Shown: positions 18,472-26,587, counted from the stretch's first letter. The stretch: 36,983 nucleotides of DNA from a virus (IMGVR_UViG_3300020045_019002:1-36983), one strand, 5' to 3'. The notes: generated from the letters alone by a model not told the origin. Made by a program: numbers and translations.

Positions 18472-18654
18472 ATGGAAAAACTCACACTCGACGACCCACA
18501 ACCAACAACGCTAAAGCTATCAAAGCAGCCCGCAACAATCGATTTAATTAATCCAAAACTTAGAGAGCTTTACAAAGAGATTGCTGCGGCCAAAGGGGAT
18601 TACAGCCGACAGAATATTATCCTACTCAAAAGAGACTTCCGATATCCCAAGTGA
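18472..18654 (+). CDS. Hypothetical protein, 60 aa
   Basis: SD AAGGG, follows the previous gene; its stop abuts the tRNA 3' end. Confidence 0.5.
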   Translation: MEKLTLDDPQPTTLKLSKQPATIDLINPKLRELYKEIAAAKGDYSRQNIILLKRDFRYPK

Positions 18655-18727
18655 TGCTGGCAGAAGGATTTGAACCCACAACCCCCTGAGTACAAAACAG
18701 GTGCTCTTCCAATTGAGCTATGCCAGC
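18655..18727 (-). tRNA. tRNA-Thr(TGT)
   Basis: GCTGGCA acceptor, GCTC/GAGC D-arm, anticodon loop TT-TGT-AC, GGTTCAAATCC T-arm. Trailer is TCA rather than CCA; mismatches in the anticodon and T stems. Confidence 0.88.
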
Positions 18728-18796
18728 CAAGGGGGCTGCGCTGTTTTGACGCTCCCCAATCTATCTCTACACAAGATAGAGAAGCAAAGTCAAGTT

Positions 18797-19003
18797 TTAG
18801 CACATTTCGTTTAATTCTTCGATCAAATCGTTTGCATATTCTTCGCATTCATCCGCCGTGCCAAAACAAAGCAGGTGACTATCGTCATAACGACTAAAAT
18901 AACCGCGAACTTCTTTGGTGCATTCATCAATACCACACACGACAGCGATTTCTTCTAAGTGATACGAATTTACCCATTCTGATCCCTCTCCCTTAATCCA
19001 CAT
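18797..19003 (-). CDS. Hypothetical protein, 68 aa
   Basis: SD GGAGG; acidic small protein. Confidence 0.65.
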   Translation of the reverse strand: MWIKGEGSEWVNSYHLEEIAVVCGIDECTKEVRGYFSRYDDSHLLCFGTADECEEYANDLIEELNEMC

Positions 19004-19022
19004 GCCTTCCTCCTTAATTACC

Positions 19023-19202
19023 CTAAGTGTTAATCAAATCGCCGAATGCTTGATATACGGCCCTGGTTTTTTCAGCTAAATCAAGCATCTCTTCTTTTTT
19101 AATGTACTTGGCATCCCCCCCTCCATCTAAATCTACCCAGCAAGGGCGCTGCTGCTTTACAAGTGCTTTTTGAAGTTGTTTGAAGTCGATTGCTCTTTCC
19201 AT
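19023..19202 (-). CDS. Hypothetical protein, 59 aa
   Basis: Below the track cutoff; SD GGAG. MERAIDFKQLQKALVKQQRPCWVDLDGGGDAKYIKKEEMLDLAEKTRAVYQAFGDLINT. Confidence 0.6.
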   Translation of the reverse strand: MERAIDFKQLQKALVKQQRPCWVDLDGGGDAKYIKKEEMLDLAEKTRAVYQAFGDLINT

Positions 19203-19266
19203 AGAATCTCCCCCCTATGTGTTGTTTTAGACATTTAAACTAAGGGATAAAAAAAAGACAAGCTTT

Positions 19267-19461
19267 CTATTTTGGGATAATCGAGAGCGGGATATCCCCC
19301 TTTACATCAACGGTGTTTGATGGACTTTGAGTCTCATCAATAACATCGGAGGCAGTTCCAGCCGTCTCTACAATGTTAACCGAGATTGTCGTGCACATTG
19401 TCATGAATAGGAGTAATATCGGTATTACTAACATTGGTGGGATTATTTGTATTCTTTTCAC
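19267..19461 (-). CDS. Small exported/lipoprotein-like protein, 64 aa
   Basis: Basic N-terminus, hydrophobic stretch, Cys in MCTTISV. Confidence 0.5.
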   Translation of the reverse strand: MKRIQIIPPMLVIPILLLFMTMCTTISVNIVETAGTASDVIDETQSPSNTVDVKGDIPLSIIPK

Positions 19462-19577
19462 AGTGCCGTCCTAACGATTCAAGTTTTTTCTTTATAGTAT
19501 CGACGATAGGATTTTAATTCAAATGTGGGTTGCGTTAATTAAACGCTGCTCTATAATGTATGGAAATCGGAGGCGTT

Positions 19578-19829
19578 ATGGTTAAATTTGGATGGAATGT
19601 GCGATGGTACTTCGGGATGACTCTTTGGGTTTTGATCCTAGTCGGCGTTGTATTGGCTCTTTGCGTGAAGTGTTTTTCATGGACGGGCTTTTTTGAGCCG
19701 CTTGATCTAGAATTCATCTGCCCGTCTCTTCCGCAAGACAATCCAGAAAAACAGCTTTATGACTTAATGAAAGACGACTCTAAGGACAGCAATGACAAGC
19801 AGGAAACTACCTATGACCCACATTACTAG
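19578..19829 (+). CDS. Small membrane protein, 83 aa
   Basis: SD GGAGG; TM LWVLILVGVVLALCV; acidic tail. Confidence 0.6.
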   Translation: MVKFGWNVRWYFGMTLWVLILVGVVLALCVKCFSWTGFFEPLDLEFICPSLPQDNPEKQLYDLMKDDSKDSNDKQETTYDPHY

Positions 19830-19989
19830 AACATGGCAAAGAAGCTTGATAAGCCTTGTCGTTTTTGGATCACTTTGTGGGTGGTTATGTTTCTACATCA
19901 TCTCGCGAGAAGAAAACAAAAACGCTTATCTAACCCCCGATCAAGTGTGGGCACGGGAAATTATCAATAGTATAGATAGGGTGGTTTAG
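19792..19989 (+). CDS. Small membrane protein, <=65 aa
   Basis: TM LISLVVFGSLCGWLCFYII; start uncertain. Confidence 0.5.
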   Translation: MTSRKLPMTHITRTWQRSLISLVVFGSLCGWLCFYIISREENKNAYLTPDQVWAREIINSIDRVV

Positions 19990-20018
19990 TTGTCTGGAAA
20001 TACCGGACAACTAACTAT

Positions 20019-20146
20019 TGAGAGATTGAGGACTCGAACCTCAACCCTGCGCAAGGCCTATGGTCTTATCAGAGCAATCGAGAGTAGGATACGCCTATCT
20101 CGCAGGTCTCTTTGCCATAGGCGGAAACCCATCCGCTATGTCCCTC
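20019..20146 (-). ncRNA. tRNA-like structured element with an elongated anticodon arm
   Basis: Canonical T-arm TGAGG-TTCGAGT-CCTCA, candidate acceptor GAGGGAC/ATCTCTC, D-like GCGG/CCGC, and CTATGG/CCATAG enclosing a ~50-nt hairpin. Confidence 0.45.
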
Positions 20147-20197
20147 TTAATCCAGCCGCATACATTTGGTCTACTAACAGCTTACATTGCTCTATGC

Positions 20198-20237
20198 GGT
20201 GAACACTCCCTCTGCTTTAGCTGAGGGAGTGTTCACC
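20198..20237. repeat. Perfect 15-bp inverted repeat
   Basis: GGTGAACACTCCCTC-N10-GAGGGAGTGTTCACC. Confidence 0.9.
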
Positions 20238-20348
20238 CTTTAATCCAGTGTCTCTATTGTATTGACTTTCATAACCTACCTTAGCATGCTTAACAATAAA
20301 AAGTTTAAGATCGCTAGCCTGTTTTCTAAATTCTTCCTTATCCATTCT

Positions 20349-20549
20349 TTACTCTTTTTCAGGCAACTCAGGCAGATCCATCCAATGCGTAACGCGATCA
20401 TCCACCTCCGTTTCACACGACCACAGTGGAAATCCACTAATATCTTTTGTCACGATACAGTCAATAAGCACACCGCCTCGTAATTCCGTGCACACAAGCT
20501 TAGGATTAAATGGCTCGGGGAGAGAGTTGTTAACGTCGATCCATTTCAC
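20349..20549 (-). CDS. DUF551-family protein, 66 aa
   Basis: KWIDVNNSLPE...VTHWMDLPELP signature. Confidence 0.85.
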   Translation of the reverse strand: MKWIDVNNSLPEPFNPKLVCTELRGGVLIDCIVTKDISGFPLWSCETEVDDRVTHWMDLPELPEKE

Positions 20550-20550
20550 T

Positions 20551-20754
20551 TTAATTCAACTTTTTTGGTGGTTTAGGTAAAGGCATCCAATGAGTTACTT
20601 CTTCGTAGTCGTTATCTATCTGCGAGAGCCACGTAGAATCAGCAAGTCCGTTCTGAACCACAATGCTATTGATATAGATATTGCCATGTTGATTACACAC
20701 AATCACCCGCGCATTTATTTCAGGAAGAGACTCGTTAACGCTGATCCATTTCAC
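20551..20754 (-). CDS. DUF551-family protein, 67 aa (tandem paralog)
   Basis: KWISVNESLPE...VTHWMPLPKPP signature. Confidence 0.85.
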   Translation of the reverse strand: MKWISVNESLPEINARVIVCNQHGNIYINSIVVQNGLADSTWLSQIDNDYEEVTHWMPLPKPPKKLN

Positions 20755-20755
20755 T

Positions 20756-20929
20756 TTAATTTCCTTTATTTTTCATCGGCATCCCCATCATCGACAAAAT
20801 TGTCTCGATTACCGTCACGCGTTTTTCAAGAGACGACACTTTCCTTTTAACATCGTTTAATTGATGTATTAGCCATCCGAAGCCGGCCCCTAGCATACCG
20901 ATAATAGTTAAAAACTGTATATTGTCCAT
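20756..20929 (-). CDS. Small protein with membrane anchor and coiled coil, 57 aa
   Basis: Below the track cutoff; SD AGGAG. MDNIQFLTIIGMLGAGFGWLIHQLNDVKRKVSSLEKRVTVIETILSMMGMPMKNKGN. Confidence 0.7.
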   Translation of the reverse strand: MDNIQFLTIIGMLGAGFGWLIHQLNDVKRKVSSLEKRVTVIETILSMMGMPMKNKGN

Positions 20930-20938
20930 GCTTACTCC

Positions 20939-21661
20939 TTATTCCGCTTTCTTTAACTTAACAACAAACTCCACTTCGAGACCCAATCTAGAAATCACCT
21001 TTTCCATCTGCAATAAAGAAGTATTTCTATCTTTATCAAAAAACACGCGAAGACTTTCTTTTGACAGCCCCGTTAGTTTTTTTATTTCTTCTTTTGAATA
21101 GAATCCCAAGATGCTAGACACAAGTTTTTGCTTCCATTCTAAAGAAGATATCGCTTCTTCATCAGAAACCAAACGGCTCTTTTTCTGTACAGGCAAAACA
21201 ATTTCCCTTGCAGGATTGTTTTTTGCAAGTCCTTCCAAGACGGCCCATTGATAAACAGCGCTGAGATAATGGAGAAAGTGTCTTAATGTAAGTCCAGACA
21301 TGGGTCGATCATATCGTGTGTTCTTGTTTTTAAGATGATTTAGAGCTTTCATTATAATTTTTGGGTTTATTTCACTTAACAATAGCCCCTTTAATTCTTC
21401 TTCCCAAAATCTATAAAATCTGCATTCTCCGGAGTAAAATTTGCTTTTTTTTGCCCTTTCCAAATAACCTTTTAAAACATATGCGAACGGGGCATTAACA
21501 TATTCGCATGATTCAACTTGACTTTCATAAAGATCGGAAAATGTCTTTGCTTCTTGTAGACTTTTGAAAGTTCGATATATCTTTGGAGCTCCCTTTTTCC
21601 TTACACTCATTCGATATGTCTTTTGACCGTTTTTTCCAATTCTCTCTTCAATATGTGCCAT
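20939..21661 (-). CDS. Tyrosine-integrase N-terminal/core-binding domains fused to a C-terminal HTH, no catalytic domain, 240 aa
   Basis: MAHIEER...YRMSVRKKG...RTFKSLQEAK; TLRHFLHYLSAVYQWAVLEGLAKNNP; then IKKLTGLSKESL...NTSLLQMEKVISRLGLEV. No R-H-R-Y catalytic motifs. Confidence 0.7.
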   Translation of the reverse strand: MAHIEERIGKNGQKTYRMSVRKKGAPKIYRTFKSLQEAKTFSDLYESQVESCEYVNAPFAYVLKGYLERAKKSKFYSGECRFYRFWEEELKGLLLSEINPKIIMKALNHLKNKNTRYDRPMSGLTLRHFLHYLSAVYQWAVLEGLAKNNPAREIVLPVQKKSRLVSDEEAISSLEWKQKLVSSILGFYSKEEIKKLTGLSKESLRVFFDKDRNTSLLQMEKVISRLGLEVEFVVKLKKAE

Positions 21662-22862
21662 ATTTCTCTTTAATCTCGTTTAACGTCCTTAGTGTTTCTT
21701 CATAGTCATCCACTGAATCACCAGGCCCATAATATTCTAGGTCACCAAAAATATCTTCCAACAGAGAGATTTTTAGTTCTTTTTGTACCACCCCAGAACC
21801 CAAAAGATCTTCTTGTTCCTTCGCAAGTTCTCCTAACCCGATTCCATTTTTGTAAAACGACATTTTCTTTTTTGTCGAAATAGCGTCTTGTAGGGTCATC
21901 ACATCATAATTTGCGTCCGTATACTCCATTACAGTACAGAATTTCTTGCCAGGGTGTGTTCGCAATCCCCTTCCAAGCATTTGTGTATATAATCCCCTGC
22001 TCATCGTAGGCCGGCACATTAAAAGACATTCGATTGATGGTTCATCAAATCCTTCTGTTAAGATGTTGAAATTAATGAGAACCCGAAGGGGACCGTTCCT
22101 AAAAGAGTTAAGATAATAACTTCTTCTTTCGGGAGAAAGTGCGCCATACAAAATCTCCGCCGTAATTCCCTTTTGTTCAAATATCTTTTTTAGTTCTTTC
22201 CCATGATCAATGGAAGCAGCAAAACAGACAGTTTTTACAGGTTTTTTGAAATGGTCTATATAACTATTTACAATCAACTCGTTCCTGTTTTGTACGTTCA
22301 CAATGGCTGTTAGTTCTTTTAGATTAAAATCCTTTTTATCTGTTTTTTGTAGAATTACGTTTGTTTTAAAATGATAACCAACCGCATCACTAAGATGCCC
22401 TAATTTAATTAAATCATTTATCCCTAGTTTTATAATTGGCAACCCAAATATCGGGGACAATCTTCGTCTATCTAATCTAAAAGGAGTGGCGGTTACCCCA
22501 AGCAACTTTTTGTGCTTAATCTTTTCCAACACGGAAAGATAGCTCTTGGCTGGCGCATGATGACATTCATCAACTATAATTAAATCAACCTCTTGGTTGT
22601 GGCTTCTCCTGGATATTGTCTGTATCATTTGTGCGCGAATAAGATGGTCAGCCCCCATACGCCTAGCTGTTTTTAAAGCCTGGTCAATTAGCTCTTTTCT
22701 ATGACACAGCACAAGAGTTTTCGCGTTCATTCTTTTTGCAATTTCAGAAAAGACGACTGTTTTCCCTCCGCCTGTTGGAATAACAATCAGAGCCTTGTCT
22801 TTTGAGTTGAAATGGGTTATCGCCTTTGAAACAGCTTCTTCTTGAAATGGGTAAAGCTTCAT
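21648..22862 (-). CDS. Superfamily 2 DEAD/DEAH-box helicase, 404 aa
   Basis: Q motif LYPFQ, PTGGGKT, DECHH, TAT, LTEGFDEP, QMLGRGLR. Confidence 0.95.
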   Translation of the reverse strand: MKLYPFQEEAVSKAITHFNSKDKALIVIPTGGGKTVVFSEIAKRMNAKTLVLCHRKELIDQALKTARRMGADHLIRAQMIQTISRRSHNQEVDLIIVDECHHAPAKSYLSVLEKIKHKKLLGVTATPFRLDRRRLSPIFGLPIIKLGINDLIKLGHLSDAVGYHFKTNVILQKTDKKDFNLKELTAIVNVQNRNELIVNSYIDHFKKPVKTVCFAASIDHGKELKKIFEQKGITAEILYGALSPERRSYYLNSFRNGPLRVLINFNILTEGFDEPSIECLLMCRPTMSRGLYTQMLGRGLRTHPGKKFCTVMEYTDANYDVMTLQDAISTKKKMSFYKNGIGLGELAKEQEDLLGSGVVQKELKISLLEDIFGDLEYYGPGDSVDDYEETLRTLNEIKEKYGTY

Positions 22863-23035
22863 CTGGTTTTTTCTTTATATTCCTCGTAGCACTCAAAATG
22901 CTTTCCCATGTAAGAAAGGAAATCTTCTTTCTTTAGTCCAATAAAATGGGCATGGCTTACCGCATTTACAGAGTAAAAAGCTAGCATATCAGTTATTTCC
23001 TGTACTGTTTCTTCTCTTTCTTCCTTAGTATCCAT
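22859..23035 (-). CDS. Hypothetical protein, 58 aa
   Basis: SD GAGGAG; MDTKEEREETVQEITDMLAFY...; ATGA overlap with the helicase start. Confidence 0.65.
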   Translation of the reverse strand: MDTKEEREETVQEITDMLAFYSVNAVSHAHFIGLKKEDFLSYMGKHFECYEEYKEKTR

Positions 23036-23082
23036 GCTTACTCCTCACTTGTTAGTTTTTTGAGCAGCTACAATACTTTCCC

Positions 23083-23406
23083 TCATTTCCTCTGGTATCT
23101 TGTTCTAAGAAGTAAAGCGGTTGTGGGATCTTTTTTAAATCGTCTAGTTAAAAGTCTAGAGATTCGGGGAAATCTTACATTGCATATCTCGGCTGAACGC
23201 CAATTACTCACTATACAACACACTTTCACTTTTCTTTCTTCTAGATTCAAAATGTAGGTCGGCTTGTGCTTATCGTTTCTCCAATGCTCACAATATTCTC
23301 CACCCACAAGGCACAATAACATAAGTGATTTTCTTAAATGTTCGCACATAACGGCCTCTATCATTTCGTGGGAAGAAAGACACTTGTTTGCTTTCTCAAT
23401 ACCCAT
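23083..23406 (-). CDS. Cys-rich hypothetical protein, 107 aa
   Basis: SD GAGGAG, start overlaps the end of TerL. Confidence 0.5.
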   Translation of the reverse strand: MGIEKANKCLSSHEMIEAVMCEHLRKSLMLLCLVGGEYCEHWRNDKHKPTYILNLEERKVKVCCIVSNWRSAEICNVRFPRISRLLTRRFKKDPTTALLLRTRYQRK

Positions 23407-25735
23407 GCTTACTCCTCATCTCCTTAAGTTTTTCTTTCGTCATCCCGCCTGGTGTATTGCCCACAAACTCAAGGGCTTGCGTTAAGTAGCGTAGGCAGTC
23501 TGAGTTGCTAACTAAAATGCCGTTTGCAAAATAACAATGATCGCTTTCGACCTCGATATCAAAAACCTCTATTTCGATGTCCAAGCGCAGCTCCGCAACT
23601 TCTTGAACATGTTGTTTGTATTGAGTATTTAGAAGTATTATAAACGGCTCCACAAAATTCGCATTTTCTTTCTTCGAAATCCATTTTTTCTCTATAACGG
23701 CCTTTCTGTTTACATGCGGAGGAGCAGTATTTTTGGTGATATGTTTTGGCGCCGTATTTTTTTTTACATTGAATGCAAATCTTGGGGATATGAAAAATAC
23801 CAAATCTAAATCTTCGAGCATGTTTTTTATGCCATTTAATGCCTTCCTCACTGCCATGCCACACTTTTGCAAATTCCATGGCTTTATAAATGCCCTTACG
23901 TGAGACTTCTTTTCGTTCTTCGGTTGACATATGCTCCCTGAGATGCTTTCTTTTTTCGATGCACTCAAGATTTTCAATCTGATTATTTCTCGAATTTTCG
24001 TCTTTATGGTGAATATGATGCCCTCTTGGGATCTTTCCATTACGCTTTGCCCAAACTGCTCTTTGTAAATAGGAATGCTTATTAGATGTGGTTGAGCCTC
24101 TTTTATAATATCTTTCATACCATCTGTAATAGTATCCGTCGAAAATGATTTGTTTTTCATCCTCGCTAATAAGAAACTCTCCCGAAACCCTAAATCTTGT
24201 ATCCTTGAGTTTGATCCAAATTGTTTCTGCCATTCATCTATTCCCTCTATAGAATATAGAGGATCATTATATCGTAGAGCATCAGAAAAAACAAGTGAAT
24301 TGCCGCTAAATATCTTGTGATTTTTTGTGCAGATTATTTCACCGTGATCAAATTTAATATTTATTAATTCCTTAACAGTATATCTGAATTTGGTAAGCAC
24401 TTTTCTTTTTCCGGTTGGCGTTAGCACGAAATCCCCCACTAAGACACCTTTTATCGGCTTTTCTCCAAATGGTGTTGCAATAAGGGTTTCTCCTATAAAA
24501 CACGAATGGCTCGACCAATCGTGCCTCGGCCTGCCCCTGAATACCTGAGCCCTGTCATCCCATTCAGCATGGTATTGCAATAAGCACTTGATCAAATATT
24601 CGCATCTCGTCTTGTCAATAAACATTCTGGGCATTGTGGATCGAACTTTTTCAATACCTTCCATAATGGAATACTTGTTTTCGAGGATCGAAAAATCAAA
24701 TCCTGCTTCTCTTGCCGTTTGAACGAAGGTCGTTCCCGTATTGTTGTGGCTTTTCCCGTCGTGGGGCGCGAAATGTTTTCCATAATTATACTTCCTTTCT
24801 CTTAGCACATTTAGATAGTGTGATAAAGCGTACCCCGTGTTCTCATAATGATCAACGATCAAGATTTCATTACCACGTATTTGAAAAAATATGATCACCA
24901 TTGCATCTGTAAAGCCTAAATCCCATACAGTATATACGAGGCGATTTTCTTCAATGGGCACATAGCCAATGCGTCCCTCTTTTTCCATTTGCTCGAGCTG
25001 CTTGCCGTAGTAAGATCCGACAACGCCGGAATCAAATGAACAAAAGTATTCTTGCCTTATCATTTCTTCGGAAATACCCTGGGAACGCTTCCTGTCGATC
25101 TCCTTTAGCTCAATTAGGCCTGTATCCTCGATGGTATATAAAGAAGCATGCCATTCGGGGTCAGTCTTGGCGTATTCATAAAGTTCATAAAAGTGATTTT
25201 TGCTTTGTGGCGTACTGTTGAAAATTGCCCACCCTTTGTTCTTAGCCAGAATAGGATCTAAAATGGCCGTCCATACGAGCGGATGTTGATAAGCGTACTC
25301 TGAAAGAACAACACCCATTGGATTTGTTCCGCGCAGAGCATCATAGTGATCAGAGCCTAGCACTTGTATAATTGAGCCGTTAAATAGCTTGAGTTTCATT
25401 TCGTTGAGCCATTTCTGTTCAAGCGCGTGGGGAGGAATAAAGTCTAGATAGCTCATTCCATCTTCAGTGATGTTATCCCAAAAGGCTTTGCGTGCCTGTG
25501 CGTAGGACGGAAAAACGTAGAAATAGACACCCTTGCGTATGCATGCTTTTTCAAGCAAGATGTTCCAGCACGTGATATCTTTACCGCCTCGCCTGTGATA
25601 GACAATAACAGCTCTTTTTTTTCCCTCGCCTGCTCTGCCATCTACGATCATATCCGAGTCTCTCATAGCCCAAATAACTGGCTCTTGGTGTGGGTATGGC
25701 TCGAATAGATGGGGCAGTTTAATGTCTATAGTCAT
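23396..25735 (-). CDS. terL: Terminase large subunit with intein (779-aa precursor, 446 aa spliced)
   Basis: Walker A HRRGGKD, LRGTNPMGVVLSEYA, FNSTP, QEYFCSF, nuclease WDLGFTD. Spliced HDWSSHS|SDCLRY matches the HDWSSHxxDxxRY motif. Confidence 0.95.
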   Translation of the reverse strand: MTIDIKLPHLFEPYPHQEPVIWAMRDSDMIVDGRAGEGKKRAVIVYHRRGGKDITCWNILLEKACIRKGVYFYVFPSYAQARKAFWDNITEDGMSYLDFIPPHALEQKWLNEMKLKLFNGSIIQVLGSDHYDALRGTNPMGVVLSEYAYQHPLVWTAILDPILAKNKGWAIFNSTPQSKNHFYELYEYAKTDPEWHASLYTIEDTGLIELKEIDRKRSQGISEEMIRQEYFCSFDSGVVGSYYGKQLEQMEKEGRIGYVPIEENRLVYTVWDLGFTDAMVIIFFQIRGNEILIVDHYENTGYALSHYLNVLRERKYNYGKHFAPHDGKSHNNTGTTFVQTAREAGFDFSILENKYSIMEGIEKVRSTMPRMFIDKTRCEYLIKCLLQYHAEWDDRAQVFRGRPRHDWSSHSCFIGETLIATPFGEKPIKGVLVGDFVLTPTGKRKVLTKFRYTVKELINIKFDHGEIICTKNHKIFSGNSLVFSDALRYNDPLYSIEGIDEWQKQFGSNSRIQDLGFRESFLLARMKNKSFSTDTITDGMKDIIKEAQPHLISIPIYKEQFGQSVMERSQEGIIFTIKTKIREIIRLKILSASKKESISGSICQPKNEKKSHVRAFIKPWNLQKCGMAVRKALNGIKNMLEDLDLVFFISPRFAFNVKKNTAPKHITKNTAPPHVNRKAVIEKKWISKKENANFVEPFIILLNTQYKQHVQEVAELRLDIEIEVFDIEVESDHCYFANGILVSNSDCLRYLTQALEFVGNTPGGMTKEKLKEMRSKHGY
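23504..24502 (-). mobile_element. Intein in the TerL nuclease domain (333 aa, residues 412-744)
   Basis: Block A CFIGETLIATPFGEKPI; block B IICTKNHKIF; blocks F/G VFDIEVESDHCYFANGILVSN followed by Ser+1. Confidence 0.93.
23559..24233 (-). CDS. HNH endonuclease with C-terminal CxxC...CSxxC zinc-finger repeats, nested out of frame inside the intein, 224 aa
   Basis: YLQRAVWAKRNGKIPRGHHIHHKDENSRNNQIENLECIEKRKHLREH; CIQC..YCSSAC; CEFC..TCSRSC; SD GAGGG 9 nt before the ATG. Confidence 0.9.
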   Translation of the reverse strand: MAETIWIKLKDTRFRVSGEFLISEDEKQIIFDGYYYRWYERYYKRGSTTSNKHSYLQRAVWAKRNGKIPRGHHIHHKDENSRNNQIENLECIEKRKHLREHMSTEERKEVSRKGIYKAMEFAKVWHGSEEGIKWHKKHARRFRFGIFHIPKICIQCKKKYGAKTYHQKYCSSACKQKGRYREKMDFEERKCEFCGAVYNTSKYSIQTTCSRSCGAALGHRNRGF

Positions 25736-25823
25736 CTAGTACCTAACGATTTAAATAATTTAGTCCATTTGACGAATTGTGTAAATGTGCTTATATGTAC
25801 ATAAAAACCCATAAGGAGGGTAT

Positions 25824-26567
25824 ATGACTAAACATTATTTAACCGCAATCGGTTTGGCTTTAACATGTGCCTCTATCGTTAGCGGATCAGAAGTTGATCA
25901 ACTACAGCCGTCACGCTCTATTTTTACGAATAAAGAGCAAACGGCACATGTATGCTATAGCAAAGAGGACATTTCTTTTGGCAGCGTTAAGCGCGTTTCT
26001 GTGAGCACGTCTGCTCTCATGGAAAAAGAAGAGGCTAACACCATCTATTATGGTATTGATGCATCTTTCGGCGGAGTGTGGAGTACCTATGCTCTAGACT
26101 ATATCCCAGACACCACAGTTACAATTAAGCATTTCGGCCTAGGTGCAACTATCGGTCTTAGAGGTGGATATTCATGGGAGCTGTTTAGCAAGCTCGCGCT
26201 CACACCATATCTTAAGCTAAGCACTGGTTTTTTTGCCCCAGAATCCCAATTCATCAGCAGTTTTGTCAACGGTTATAATTCTGCTATTGGACTCAGGGCA
26301 TCTTACGCCTTTTTAAGTTCACTTACAGCTGGTCTTGACGTGAGTATTTCAAGGCCTCTTGGAAGATATTCTAGGATAACTTACTTAAAAAAAGGATGGA
26401 CTGGGACGGGCAAAGAAAAGTTCGGCTACTCTGCTGCGCTCCCTATCACGTATAAACCGGCTAAGTGGGATCACATCAAGTTCTTTGTTGAGCCTAAATA
26501 TGCAGGCTCTCATCTTGCTCATAAGGGATCTTTTGAGTACGGAATTGGCACAATCTACTGTTTTTAA
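25824..26567 (+). CDS. Outer-membrane beta-barrel protein (moron), 247 aa
   Basis: Signal peptide; alternating strands (GATIGLRGGYSW, LTAGLDVSIS); C-terminal FEYGIGTIYCF; SD AGGAGG; upstream TTGACG at 25769. Confidence 0.75.
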   Translation: MTKHYLTAIGLALTCASIVSGSEVDQLQPSRSIFTNKEQTAHVCYSKEDISFGSVKRVSVSTSALMEKEEANTIYYGIDASFGGVWSTYALDYIPDTTVTIKHFGLGATIGLRGGYSWELFSKLALTPYLKLSTGFFAPESQFISSFVNGYNSAIGLRASYAFLSSLTAGLDVSISRPLGRYSRITYLKKGWTGTGKEKFGYSAALPITYKPAKWDHIKFFVEPKYAGSHLAHKGSFEYGIGTIYCF

Positions 26568-26587
26568 TCATCTCCCCCTGATGGTTG

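Noticed and set aside
18655-18727. tRNA-Thr as a prophage attachment site or host boundary
   Set aside because: Phage genes flank both sides, no duplicated tRNA 3' end was seen, and no catalytic integrase is present.
18600-18897. ORFs 18600-18848 and 18670-18897
   Set aside because: They overlap the tRNA gene and have no protein features.
19990-20202. 70-aa plus-strand ORF
   Set aside because: TTG start, no SD, Arg-rich composition; the region is better explained as structured RNA.
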